Assembly (NCBI GenBank): GCA_051294375.1
Contig: CM119264.1
Coordinates: forward strand, 28,902,586 to 28,966,585
Source of the DNA: Paraspadella gotoi
Lineage: Eukaryota > Animalia > Chaetognatha
Reading direction: 5' to 3'
DNA length: 64,000 nucleotides
The translations under genes were made by a program, and so were the position numbers. The notes beneath the pieces are model-generated. The model saw nothing but the letters and a program-made list of their open reading frames with translations, made no database searches and was not told where the DNA came from. Positions 1-13,870 of the stretch are shown piece by piece (the first letter of the stretch is position 1; each line of letters begins with the position of its first letter).

Positions 1-243
1 TTATATATACGGAGAGTATTAAATGTTAATATATATTATGATGTATGCCTACATATATACTAGATGACATCAGAAACTATTCTCCCAAATTTCGTAATCA
101 AATATAAATTACATCGTTTGCTTAGTAATCATTTTATAAAATTAAAATATATAGTCGAACAACATATGAAATATCATCTTTTTAACATTTAGACAACGGC
201 TTCTAACAACGTCTAATAAAATACCGAGTCTGTTCAACATAAC

Positions 244-664
244 CATGCTCCTTTCTCTCCAGGGGCGAACCGGAATAAGCCATATTGGTGTTCTCCTTCC
301 AGTTCATATATTCTTCCTTTTCCATCATTTTGTACGGTTTAAGTAACCAACTATTTACTCTGAAATAACATAATATTATATATTTACATATATTTATGGT
401 TTCATGTTACCAATCATCATTATGATATCGATCATTATGAATCATTAACTATTGAATCATAAGAGGAATCTTCAGCACAAAACGAAAAAAAAAAAATGCA
501 GAACGAAAGCTGTAGACCGAAAGAAACCCGGAGTTTCTAAGGAATTAAAAAGCACTCTTCGTCCTGTGTTAAGTTCTCTCTCTTTACGCCGCCTCCTCCA
601 ATCCCCGCCCTATATCTCCGCCATATCCCCACCTTATATTCCCTTACCCTTCGTCCTCCATCAT
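244..664 (-). CDS. Tentative spliced gene start, unknown product (exons 664-648 and 359-~244)
   Basis: ATG ATG GAG GAC GAA GG|gtaagg ... tatttcag|A GTA AAT joins in phase to give MMEDEGVNSWLLKPYKMMEKEEYMNWKENTNMAYSGSPLERKEH. 3' end uncertain; no family recognised. Confidence 0.4.
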
Positions 665-2554
665 TTGTCCGGCGAAACCAATTTGTTAGACTCGAAATTT
701 TTTTTTTTTAAATAAGGAAAGATGGAGAGAAGAAAATAGAGAGAAAAATGAAGGAATGAGACAGAAAGTCGTTTAAAAAGTTGTAGGGGGCGGTTTGCGC
801 GAGGAATCGTCGTCTCGACGTAGCGGCGTTAGAATTGAGGTTAGTAAGAAAAGGGCGTGAACCGTGAAGACTCGCTCATTCGAATACATCACTGCTCATT
901 CGCTTTCTCATCTCGGCTTTTATCACGCCGGATTAAAAAAAAAAAAAAATCCGACTGAAAAGAGTTCAGTCATAAAGTTTGAGATCAACGATTAATTAAA
1001 CTCTTATCAAATTCTTTTAATGTTTACCATGGATTTTTTAACGAGCAAAATCAAAAAAATAGATAAAGGAACTGAGAGTTCGTTATTAATATTGATATTA
1101 TTTCAGGTTAATTCATTTCAGATTTATATATAAAAAAAGACCTAAAAATAACATCGGCGCAAGATCGTTTCGTGACGTTGCAGAAAGCACGATTGCTTTG
1201 TTTTTATTGGCAACGAAGAATAATGAAATACGAATAGGAGAAAAAAAAATGTTTCAAACTCTATGCGCGATTTATTTGAGTTTTTTTTATATATTTTCTT
1301 CGTTAGTTTTAGCTAAAAAAATTTTTAGAGATGATTTTTTCAAACGAAGAAGAAAATAGCTATATAATTTTTATGGATTGAAACCAGACGCTGGTCTTAA
1401 AATTGTCGTTAAACTTAATTTTTCCAAGAAAGTTTTCAAAAAAATAAATATAAAAAAGTTTGTGTAAAACAAGAGTGAACCTTTGAAAAGGTACGGATCG
1501 ATTTTTTTAGAAAAAAAAAGAGGCGGTCATATTGAACTCCAGAAAAGCCGGCTTTTAAACGAATCCGATATAGGTTTTATACTAAAACTATAATCAAAAT
1601 ATAAAAGTATTAAAGTATAAAAGATCCATCTTAGAAAAACATTTATTTACATACGGTACCAATGCTTTCTTTGTGTACCTTAACTTAAGCCCATAAGCCA
1701 AACCGCAGTCTTGTTTCATTGATAAACAAAAGGCAACCGCCTAAAGCAACAACGCGTATCCATAATATATTTTGAATTATACTTTAATATATCATTAAAA
1801 TCGAGAGCCGGTTTGTAAGTCGAGTAAAGGATGAGACGAAAATCCTTTTTTCTCAAGGAAGCCTCTCATTTAAAACGATTTGAGTTGTGAGCTGTGAAGC
1901 CTCTGATTGTCGTGAAAGAGAAAAAATAAAGGCGACGATGACTCACATTCGGAAAAGAAGCAGAAATAAGAAGCATCAAAGGAAGCACGTTGGTCGCCGA
2001 TCAAAAAATCCCTCATTGCAAAAGTTTAGTTGGTGAATCATTTTTCAGGATGGAAAGTCGACAGAATTGCGAAAAAAATGCGGAATGCGATGAAACGTAA
2101 TGTAATTACTAAATTAGATTTAAATTGGTTCTGAGGACTTTTTACTTGTTCATAATAACCATTAATTTTATCTATTATTATATCAATCAACACGATTATT
2201 CAATATGTACTTTACCCCTTGCATTATCAATTTGCCTCGTGACGTAACTGGTGCAATGTTCAAAAAGTTAATTTTGGCAGAAATCCCAAGAGACGACGAT
2301 TGGTTGGACGAAACCCAACCCCGAGTTTTCTCGGCGCGCGATTGGTCAAAATCGTCATTAATTTTCTCCAAACTGACGTGAACACTCAATATATTCTCTT
2401 TACTTTTTTTAAAAATAAAAAATAAAAAAATCTGTAAGCAAATTGTTGTTAGATGAGATGACAGAAAATCCGGTCATATTTTCTAAAAGCTCCCAATTTC
2501 GGCTTAAATTTAAAATTAAATTAGTTTTAATGATTAATTAACAGTTAAGGCTAG

Positions 2555-2745
2555 ACGTTGGGGTTAGGGATTAGGTTTGGGATTAGGTTAGGTATTTGGT
2601 TCATGATTTGGTTTAGGTATTAGCGTTATGGGTTAAGCTTAAGGATTAGAGTTTAGGCTCAGGGTTTAGGGTAAGAAGAAAGGGTTATGGATTAGGTTAC
2701 GGCGAAGTATTAAAATTAAGGAATAAGGATTTAGATACGGGATTA
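2555..2745 (+). repeat. Degenerate TTAGGG/GGTTAG-like interstitial repeat
   Basis: gttggggttagggattaggtttgggattaggttagg...agggtttagggtaag...ggattaggttacgg. Confidence 0.6.
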
Positions 2746-3133
2746 AATTAAAATTAGTTTTGCGATTAGTAACAAAAATGTAGCTCTTTCGGAAAATAAC
2801 GCCGAAAATCCGAGTAAAGAGGCGAAATGAGTCATCGTTTTATTCTTAAATGCGAAAGTTTTCGTTTTTTTTTTATTTTTCCCCAAATTTTCTTGAATAT
2901 ATAACCAATTAAAAAAGAAAAGAAAAACATTGTTAACGCAGAACATCAATGAATATGTTTATTAAACGAGCAACGTGTCATAAGTATTACGCTTCATCAC
3001 GTAATGTAAATGCTGACATAAAGACATAAAAAGGTAGATTGACTAAATGATTATAAAAGTTGAATTTAAAAGACTTGGCATTTTTTTTATTGAAAATTTT
3101 TGAGACGAAAAATAAAAAAAAATTGACTATTTT

Positions 3134-3139
3134 TTTATT
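3134..3139 (-). promoter_or_regulatory. Candidate polyadenylation signal AATAAA overlapping the EPS8-like stop codon
   Basis: Minus strand reads TGAATAAAAAA. The hexamer is common in AT-rich DNA, so support is weak. Confidence 0.35.
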
Positions 3140-3634
3140 CAAGTCTCCGAATTTGATATCCATTTGATAGGAATGGATTTCGGCGATTGCTTCGCGCCGA
3201 AGCTTCCTTGCTGCTGTTGCTGCGGCGGTTGCGGCTGCTGCTGTTGAACTTGCATCGTCTTCAACGCTTGATTAGCTTGTTGCTGATAAGCTTGCAGCTG
3301 TTGTTGTTGCAGTTTTTGATGAGCGGGGATCTGTTGGACGATCGGTTGGACCGCTTGGCCCGTCGCCTGCTGCGCCATTTGCTGCTGGGCCTGCTGCAAC
3401 TGATGGGCTTGCTGCGCCTGCTGAAGTTGGTGGACGTGCTGTTGCAACTGCTGGACACCGACGGCGTCCTTGACGGGGCGGAGGATGGTGTTGGGAGCGT
3501 AGCCGTCCTGACCTCGCCAGTTCCTGACTTTCCACCATTGGCGAGAATCGTCGAGAAGTTCCAGAACCTCCGACTTGCGAACGCTGAGTTCTTTGCTGTG
3601 TTGACATCGTCGATCGAACATGCACTCGTACAAT
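3139..3634 (-). CDS. EPS8: EPS8-like terminal exon: SH3 domain plus polyQ tail
   Basis: Acceptor ttctccccag. Encodes (R)[51 protein letters not shown], an EPS8-type SH3, then a Gln-rich tract and TGA. Confidence 0.93.
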
Positions 3635-4267
3635 CTGGGGAGAATGGCGATTGATAGCTAAAAAATCTATATATTTATTATATTATATTTGTAAATAAAC
3701 TAGGAGTGGTATTCATGTGTATGAAAGTATGAAACATATGTTGATTATGTTTACATAAAGCATCTCAAACGATTGCTTAAAACTACTAGGTATTATATAA
3801 ATTGCTGTATTTATATCTAAACATTGTTAAGTTTGACGAACTGTCAGACAGACAATAAATACAATTTGTCGAGTCGAAGCGCGACTAAAATTAATCATTT
3901 TTCGACAAAATATATATATATTTGATATTCTTTGATATTCTTTAAAATTTCTTCCCTCAAAACTAACCTGGCATTCCTGGAGAGCAGCTTCTCTTCATAA
4001 GCCTTCATCCTCTCGGCGAAAGCGTGGATGAATCGAATGTCTTGTCGAATCTCTTCGAACAGCATCGACCCCAGTCGGTCGTCCATGTCGTTCTTGGCCG
4101 ACGCCGTCGCGTTGGATGCTGGATGGGAAGGGGAGGGGCGGAAGGCGTCGGAGGTCATTTCGAATCAGTGTGCCGGCCACTTCAGCATAGTCGCCTTGAC
4201 TATGTCCTTTGTTCCCCTCAATCATGATTCTGCGTTTCTTTCCCAGGTAATTCCTCAGCCTTTTCAT

Positions 4268-4349
<82 letters not shown>

Positions 4350-5446
4350 CTGTGCCCTCTCCCCCCCAACTGTGCCGGGTTTTCCTCACCCTCCTCACTC
4401 CTCACTCTACACTCCTCACTCCTCACTCTTCACTCCTCACCCGTTTCTCCAGCTTCAACGCCATTGGTTCCGTTTGTTGTCTTCATTCTCGTTCCCGGCG
4501 AACTCTCGTAGATGTAATCGGCCGGAGGAGCCGGTCCGCCTGAATAAACAGTACAAACAAACTAACAATTTTAGTATATATACATATAATATTATATTTA
4601 TTCGTAGTAAGAGAGAGTCTAAAGCTTTTCTTTGCTTTGCTATGTTATTATCTAGTACCATCTGTTCAATGTCTGGGGGCAAAGTAGCCTTTTTCACGTA
4701 TGAATGAATAATTTCATTCTTGGTTGTTCCAATTTCATATTATACAATTGAAACGGTTCAAAAACTGGACTGTGAGAGAGCCTTGACCTCAAGCTCGCAG
4801 GGTCATCTTGTGAGACGGATGAAAGCCATAACGCGCCAAAGTTTAGGGGCGAGATAGCTTGTTTCATGAATGAGTAAATAATTTAACCAATTTTATAATA
4901 TATATTATGAATATGTTATATTGATTTAAACTGGACAAAGACTTAATCCATTCTTNNNNNNNNNNGAGTAAATAATTTAACAATTTCATAATATACATTA
5001 TACAATTGAATATGTTATATTGATTTAAACTAGACAAAGACTTAATCCATTCTTCGGATCTTGTTACCCATCATATCCTGTCCGTGTTCAAATCCTGAAA
5101 GTAAGATAACTTTATTAATTAAACGAATGGATTATATTATTTTTGCTTGTCCCAATTTCATAATAAACATAATCAAGCATTACGAAATTCCCATCCCCTC
5201 CGGTTTGCCTCACCGTTGGGCATCGGACCTCGTCCTCCGCTCTCCGCTTCTTCGGTGAACAACTCCGGCCGCGGTTCCCAACCGTCGGTGAATCGAGGAA
5301 CGTAAGGAGTCACGTATCCTTTCCAAAGATTCCTTTTGAAAAGTGGGAGGTGAGCTTAGGTCTCGCTCTCACTTACTTTCTCTTTCTTTGTCTGTCATTC
5401 TGTCTGTCTGTCTTCCTGAATTTCCCACTTTTTGTCTCTTTCATTT

Positions 5447-5482
<36 letters not shown>

Positions 5483-8400
5483 NNNNNNNNNNNNNNNNNN
5501 NNNNNNNNNNNNNNNNNNNNNNNNNNNNNNNNNNNNNNNNNNNNNNNNNNNNNNNNNNNNNNNNNNNNNNNNNNNNNNNNNNNNNNNNNNNNNNNNNNNN
5601 NNNNNNNNNNNNNNNNNNNNNNNNNNNNNNNNNNNNNNNNNNNNNNNNNNNNNNNNNNNNNNNNNNNNNNNNNNNNNNNNNNNNNNNNNNNNNNNNNNNN
5701 NTTAAATACGATCGTGGTTGTATGGACCTACTTTACTAATTTCATACATACTAACTTGGGCGTAGTCCACGCCTCTCCCATCGACTTCCACAACTGGCTC
5801 TCTCNNNNNNNNNNNNNNNNNNNNNNNNNTAGTAAGGTGCTGGCCCAATTGACGTGAATGTTTATTCGAACGGATCTAGATGCTCGCATTAGATGGCGCT
5901 GATGGTATCTACCTTACGACGCTGTGGGACTCATGGACTGACATCTATTAACGTCAGTGACGTGGTGAGTGAAGAAGTTAAAACAAGTCTGAAGTGACGT
6001 TGCAATTGTATGCTGCAGTGATAGTGCAGTGACGTGGGAGTTTACGTGAAGTAAGTGGATATAATCCTGGAATTGTAGCGTTCGTGAACTGGACGTTCTG
6101 TTGTTTTTGGAGCGACAAGTTGCAACATTTTCAGGCGACCTCTATTAACGTTACTGTGGTACACTGTTTGTGGAGTTGGACGTGGACCTCTCGCTACGGT
6201 TTTTTCGCTCCATCTATTTTTTCTATTTATTCTCATCGTCTTCTTGACCTCTCTTCTCTCTCTCTCTTTCTCTGCGATCCTGAAATATCGACTCTCTCGC
6301 TCCTCTTTCTCTCCTCTCTCTCTTTTCTGCTTATCCATTAGCTCTCTCTCAGTCGAAAGCGTGAATATGTGTCGACGGAATTTTTCAGAATACCATAACG
6401 AATGACCGGAAGGGACTCGAGGGTGGGACCTTTCGAAGCAACCGGACAACACTTACTGCGACTGAAGTGAGGATGGCTGAATAAAATGGAGAGACATTAA
6501 TACGATACAGCGTAAAAAAAAAAAAAAGAAAGGGGGAAAAGTTTTAAAAAGAAAATAAGAGATGGGAATGGAAATTAAATAAATTAATTTACTAATTTCA
6601 TACAACTAACTAGTGAGGCGCCGTATAGACTCCAGTGACACGGCGGTGCGAAGTTGATTGCCTCATGCGACTTCACACATATTGGGTCGTCGATGTTCTC
6701 TTGTCGGAGAGAATGTGACATATTTGAAACTCATAAATCCATTGGGGGCAAGTTAATCTGTGATCCGTTCGTTCGTGTTTTTGCGCCACTAGTTTAGCAT
6801 ACGTGATGACGGTCAAACTCTCCTAAAAATCGCACTGGTCCGCCGTAGACCGGATTCAGGGTTCTGAATTTGGCTATACAACGTATCAGCGAAAAGAGGA
6901 GTGAATTACATTCAGGAAAGATTATGGACCAATTTCGTGGAGAAACACTGGGTAGCAAAATCGAAAAGATGTGATATTTTAACAACTGAAACAACCATCC
7001 ATTCAACATCAATCCCTCACCTCACACCACACTTTTCGATTCTTTGTCTTGGGGGGGGAAATTGCATTGTGGTGCCCATTTGCTAATTAGCATGCTCAGG
7101 AATTTTGTCCATCATGTGGTTTTATCAGTTGCTTGTAAAAATTATTCAAATAAATGCGGTGTCAACTTTATGATTATTATGACTCTTCGATTTTTACAAA
7201 AACTATGGGAAAAAAAAGAAGTTATATCCAATTGTTATGATTTCATCACATCATAACATCAACAATATGTACCGCAATCACTCCACCTCACTTTACGTCA
7301 CTCCACCTCNNNNNNNNNNNNNNNNNNNNNNNNNTAACACCTCACTTTCACGTCACTCCATCTCACTTCAGGTCGTTCAGTTCCACCTCACTTCAGGTCA
7401 TTCCAACGTCACTTCACTTCACTTCACGTCTCTCACGTCACTAACATTGGGCCATAAGAAACATTCCATCGTGTCAATCACGTAACTCGCACTTCGCAGA
7501 CTCTGTGCCGACTTAAACGTTAATAGATCGGTCCCGGCAGGCGTCACACGACTCCAGTCGCGTTTGTCCTGATCACCTCGCTCCGTACTGCACCCTGCAA
7601 GCTCTCAGTATTTCTTACTTGCACTCTTCTACTCTACTGATATCGCTCACTCCACGGTCTCACGCTGCGACTTCAAGATGTCACTCAATACGAATTACGC
7701 GTCTTCAGCGTAAGTCGAGGCGATTCTGAATATGGTATCTCGTATGCGACGCAGACCTGCCAGCGTTCGAAGGGAGGCCTTCAACGACTCGTTAGATGGA
7801 GGATGGAGAGGTTACAGTCCTAGTAGGCCTACACCATATAGTCTCTCCACCCCGTCGCCTCATTATACGTCATCTTGGCCCGTCCGGGTCAATTGATGTC
7901 AGTTACGTGAACGGACGCGTACAGCGTCGCGATATCGTGTCGAGAACTCATGCATTACTCCTCCTTCACCGGGATCATATCTTCGAAAAACTCGTAGCGC
8001 TCCAGCGTTTCCTGCGTGGTCTCGTCCGTGAATATTCCCTATACTTCATACTTTTCCCCGGTCATACTTCCTCTCCGTTCTTTCCGCTACTTCCGGCTTA
8101 CATCGGACGGGCGGACGCGGAACTCGGGACGTCATTGTTCTTGGCTTTCTCCTCTCAGGCTCTCGCGCTCCCTCCTTTCTGCCGTTACATCACTGGCTGA
8201 ACTCTTCCGGTCATTCACGGGCTCAACTTCTTCTCTTCCTAATAACCGATTCTTTCCTCCTCTCTCTCTCTCTCTCATGGAAGCTGCGCTCATCTACTGC
8301 GGGTGTACCATAGAGAATCCTGGCGCTCTCTTCCCTCAGGCGACGCCTACTGTCCGGTCTGCTCGCAACTACGACTCATCATACAATCAAATATGACGCG

Positions 8401-11400
8401 CCCTCGCACTACTTGCTGGCTTTTTGTGTATCCTCGGAAGCGAGACAGAATAATTATAAAAATAGGAAGTAGAAGAAGGTTACTCAAAGTCTTTCGTCCG
8501 TTCTCTGTTTCAGATGCTGACGGCGTCTTCCGGTATGGCTCCGCTTATCTGGGCCTCATAGGACTCCTCAAACCCTTCGCTCCTCTCTCTTCCCTCTCCC
8601 TCCTCGGTACCTGCTCCTCTCTGCGTCGGTGCTGCGGTCTACTCTCTCTCCGTGCCATCTCTCATCTCTGCTCCTTCCATCTCTCACATATAATACAGGC
8701 GGCGGGAGTGATAGAGTTTTGAATGAGTGCACTGTAAGGTCTTAAATGTCGCCCGCGGGGCCTTGATCATCGTCAACGGCCGGAAACGCGCTCGCGCAAA
8801 ATGTGCGAAGGTCACAGGAATTCTGGAATATATAGTGGTAGAATCTGATCTTGGACGTGAGTCTGATACAGTCATACTTACATAGAAGTACTCGAGTAGT
8901 ATGATAGTAAGTTTAGATGGTTGACTGGGTATGGTCGGGTCGTCTTGATCCAAAGCATGCTGATCGCGCAGCGTAGCGTCCAGGACAAAGATTCGATTGC
9001 GGAAGTGATCTGACAATGTGATAATAAGGTCTTTATTACTATGGCGAGAGAACTTAATTATTTGTTGATTGATTGTCTACGGAAAAATGATGAATAAGTC
9101 GGATGTTATCAAAAAGATTTCGTGGAGTTCAAATACTCGCATCCAAGACAGTTTATAATACCACAGTGCTCCTCTTCGAATGCCTATACCTTACGCTATG
9201 TTGTTATGTGGTCATCCCTCCGTGCCATTGACCGGAGCTAGAGAATATAACACGTAAAACAGACTTGAAACCTGTGTCGACGCACGGACCGCTTAGTGGC
9301 ATTATAAAGGGTCAACGCGCGATGGTCAAACTCGGTCGTGATCGCAGCGACATAATAAGAATAGTCTCTCTACCAAGGTACCGAACTGGTCTGCACGCTC
9401 CTTGGTCACTTCTCTCAGTAGGTGCCCTTAAGGGTTAGTATGTTCTGTGCAGGTCAAGGAACTCGAGGAGCTCCGCGAGACATAATACCTCTCCAATGCC
9501 CGTCATGTCCATCTACCTCTTGCAATCGTTGGACGGACGACTTCACAAATTGCCTTTAGAGTGATCTATCCGCGCTGGGCTTCCGCGATGTTTTTCTTCC
9601 GTCGCGGGCGGGCCTGTGGCCGCGGGTATCGTCGGAAAATCGCTTGCTGCCTCGACCACCGGAGTCGACGTTTGAGCGTTACGTAGGAAGATGTTGCCAT
9701 TCCTTGAAATGGATTGGCTCGTCGGAGTTGAGCCATGGTCCGCCGTGAAGAAGGTGTCGATATCTCGGATGGCTAAGTTGGGGGAGAGGGTATCAGTCGG
9801 TCGTCTTAAGTTGTCGATATCTTTCTCATCGCCGCACTTAGAGCAGCTGAATCTCGTCTTACAAACGAACGGCGAGGTCCACAAAAGACGCGGAAAGGGG
9901 AGTTCCCTGGAGGGCTTTCGGCACTCGAGCTTCTCGACGCTATTTGATTGCTGCGCGCTTATTTCTCCCGCGAATCCTATTCGCCTTTCGAATGTAGTCG
10001 CCGCTGATGGCACTAAAGGCGGCGGTTGAAGTCGCAGGAAGCTTCACGGAAGCTCGGTTGCAGCGAAGACGAGAAAGTTTTGAAGAAATAAAAACGGAAT
10101 CGAATCCCGAACTCAACTCACTGCAAATATCGAGACAGGAGCGGCGACGCAAAAAATCCGTCAACGGTCTCCAAAATACGCTCGACGGCGTCGCGCTATT
10201 CGAGGATCCCTTAATCGCAATGAAAGCAGTCCCGAAGCGCCGCCGATCCTTAGTCCGTCGATAGCGGTTGCAAGGACCTCCGATGATGGAAACGTCGATT
10301 CATTCGGCCAGCCTATGAGCCGACGCTGCTGTGGATCTTCTCCCAACGATCTCCGCAGATTCCGTGAGATTAGAGACTTCGACGAAGCACTTTGAGCAGG
10401 TGTTCCGCCAAACGAAGACTTCTTAATGAAGGGTGCCTAGCAACGACTTCGTTTACGGGCGCGGTCGCTGCCGTTCGTGCGGACCGAAATGAAAAATTTT
10501 CGATCGTGATTCGCATTTTTAAAAATAAATCATCCGTTTGATATTAGTTGGGGGAAAGTTAAAATAAATACGAATACCTCACCTCAAAGAAAACTTAACT
10601 CTTTGCTGCCATATTTTTCATTTTATTGCTATGGCATAACGAATTTTCTTTTTTTCGGCCGAAAGCCTCTGTTAAAACAATTTCCGGGTTTATTGATAGC
10701 AATAAAATGAGAAAAATTATGGCACAAAGATAAGTTCTTTGAGGTGAGGTATTCGTATTATTTTAAACTTTCCCCCAACTAATATCAAACGGGATGATTA
10801 TTTTTTTAAAATCGATCACGATCAAAAAATTTTTCTTCGGTCCGCACGAACTTTTAACGAAGCATTTCGATGTCAGTAATAAAGAGCAAAAGAGCAACGG
10901 GGGAAAAAGGTTAGAAAGCTGGATTTCCTCGATATTAAAGATAGTATTCGTAACCAAAACGATGATAGTTTATTTGGAAAAAATGATAATTAAAAAGAAA
11001 CCGATTTAGTATTACTGCCTATTTAAAAAATGATGATATTAAAAAGTAAAACATGATGAAGTTATGGAGAAAATGATATTTAAAAGGAAACGATTTATAG
11101 TTGATGGATATTTAAATATTGATGGATATTTAAAGTAAAACACGGATTGATTGTTATTTGTAGAAATGATATTTAAAAAAAAGATGATATTTTAAAAGGG
11201 AACCGGATTTAGGAGTTGATGATATTTAAAAAAGGAGGGATAGTTAAAAGCTTAAAAAAACCGATGATAGTTATTTGGAAAAACGATATTTAAAAGGAAA
11301 CACGATTTAGTGTTACTGATATTTAAAAAAATGATGATATTTAAAAGTAAAATGATATTTAAAAAAAGATGATATTTAAAAGATAACCGATTTAGGGAGT

Positions 11401-13794
11401 TGATGATATTTAAAAAGTTGATGATAGTTTAAAAGTAAAACACTGATTGATAGTTATTTGGAGATTTATGATATTTAAAAGAAAAACCGATTATTAGTTG
11501 ATGATATTTAAAAAATGATGATATTTAAAAGTAAAAACACGGTGATAGTTATTTGTAGAAATGATATTTAAAAAAAAGATGATATTTAGAAAGGAAACCA
11601 TTAGGAGTTGATGTATTTAAAAAAGGATTGATAGTTAAAAGTAAAAAACCGATGATAGTTATTTGGAAAAAAACGATATTTAAAGGGAAACCGATTTAGT
11701 AGTTACTGATATTTAAAAAATGATGATATTTAAAAGAAAATGATTTTTAAAAAAAAACATGATTATTTAAAAGGAAACCGATTTATAGTGGATGATATTT
11801 TAAAAAGGATGATAGTAAAAGTAAAAAACCGATGATAGTTATTGGCGAAAAATGGATATTTAAAAGGAAACCATTTAGTAGTTACTGATATTTAAAAAAT
11901 GATTGATATTAAAAGTAAAACATGGATGATAACGTTATTTGGAGAAATGCATTATTTAAAAGGAAACGATTATTTGTTGATGATATTTAAAAAAGAGCAT
12001 GATATTAAAGTAAAACACGGAGTATTGATTGTTATTTGTAAGAAATGCATATTAAAAAAAAGATGATATTTAAAAGGAAACCGATTTAGCGAGTGATGAT
12101 ATTGAAAAAAAAGGGTATTGGATAGTTAAAGTAAAAAACCGAATGATAGTATTTGGTAAAAACGATATTTAAAAGGGGAAACCGTTTAGTAGTTACTGAT
12201 ATTTAAAAAATGATGATATTTAAAAGTAAATTGATATTTAAAACAAACATGATATTTAAAAGGAAACCGATTTATGAGTTGAAAGATATTTAAAAAAAGG
12301 ATGATAGTTAAAAGTTAAAAAACCGATGATAGTTATTTGGAAAATGATATTTAAAAAGAAGACCGATTTAGTAGTTACTGCTAAATTTAAAAAATGATGA
12401 TATTTAAAAGTAAAACATGCGATGATAGTTATTTGGAAAATTGATATTTAAAAGGAAACCGATTTATTAGTTGATGATATTTTAAAAAATGATGATATTT
12501 AAATAGTTAAAACACGGATGATTGTTATTTTGTAGAAATGATATTTAATAAAAAAGATGATATTTAAAAGGAACCGAATTTAGGGAGTTGATGATATTTA
12601 AAAAAAGGATGATAGTTAAAAGTAAAAAAACCGATGATAGTTATTTTTGAAAAACGATATTTAAAAGGAAACCGATTTTAGTGGTTACTAATATTTAAAA
12701 AAATGATGATAATTTAAAAGTTAAATGATATTTTCAAAAAAAAGAATGATATTTAAAAAGGAAACCGATTTAGGAGTTGCGTGATATTTAAAAAGTGATG
12801 ATAGGTTAAAAGTAAAACACTTGATATAGTTTATTGGAAAGAAATGATATTTTAAAGAAAACCATTATTAGTGATGATATTTTTAAAAAAAATGATGAAT
12901 ATTTAAAAGTAAAACACGGATGATAGTAATTTGTAGGAAATTGATATTTTTAAAAAAAAGATTGCTGAACGTCAATCCACGTCACTCCACGTCACTTGTC
13001 TTTTGTCCTCACACACGTCAGTTCACGTCAATTCCGATTACTTCACTTCACTTCACTTCACTTCACGTAACTCCACGTCACTGCACATCACTTCACGTCA
13101 CTTCAGATTGTTCTATCTCACTCCACGTCACTNNNNNNNNNNNNNNNNNNNNNNNNNAATTCCACGTCACTCCACGTATACGTAATGAGGTCATCATGTC
13201 ACTGTCCTCACACACGTTCAGTTCACCGTCGTTCAGATTATTCACTCACTCAGGTACTCCACGTTCACTGCACTTCATGCAACATCACTTCACGTCACTT
13301 CAGATTGTTTCTCCTCCACTCATCTAACGCCCGTTATAATGTCCAGTCCATGTCATTGTCTCACGTCACGGTCATTCTACGTCACTCACGTCAATTCAGA
13401 TTACTTCCACGTAATCACGTCACTCCACTTCACACTATCACTTCAGTCACGTTCAAGCTTCGCTCCAAGCGTTCGCGGTTCAGCGTCAATCCTAACATAT
13501 TTCCGGTTCGTCTCTTTTTCGCCTCTAATCGGCGGGACGCGCAATCAGGGACGCTCAGTTCTGTCTCTCTCTCTCTATTCTCTCCTCTCTTCTCATCTCT
13601 CTCTCTCATCTCCTCTCTCTACCCTCTCTCTCTCTACTCTCTCTCTCTCTCTCTCTTCTGCTCTTACGTCTGTCTGTCTCTGTCTCTGTCAGCATATCAG
13701 ACGATGAGGCTCGAACGCTTTTTGTGTTCGGTGTGAACGAGAAAGCAAAATTCATTTCTCTTTCGTTCGCGTCTTTCCGTTCCTCAGTCTTCAC

Positions 13795-13870
<76 letters not shown>

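Noticed and set aside
3187-3654. Plus-strand Leu-rich 155-aa ORF
   Set aside because: Antisense shadow of the CAG/CAA-rich EPS8 SH3/polyQ exon.
4871-5054. ~85-bp direct repeat around a 10-N gap
   Set aside because: Typical unmerged contig overlap.
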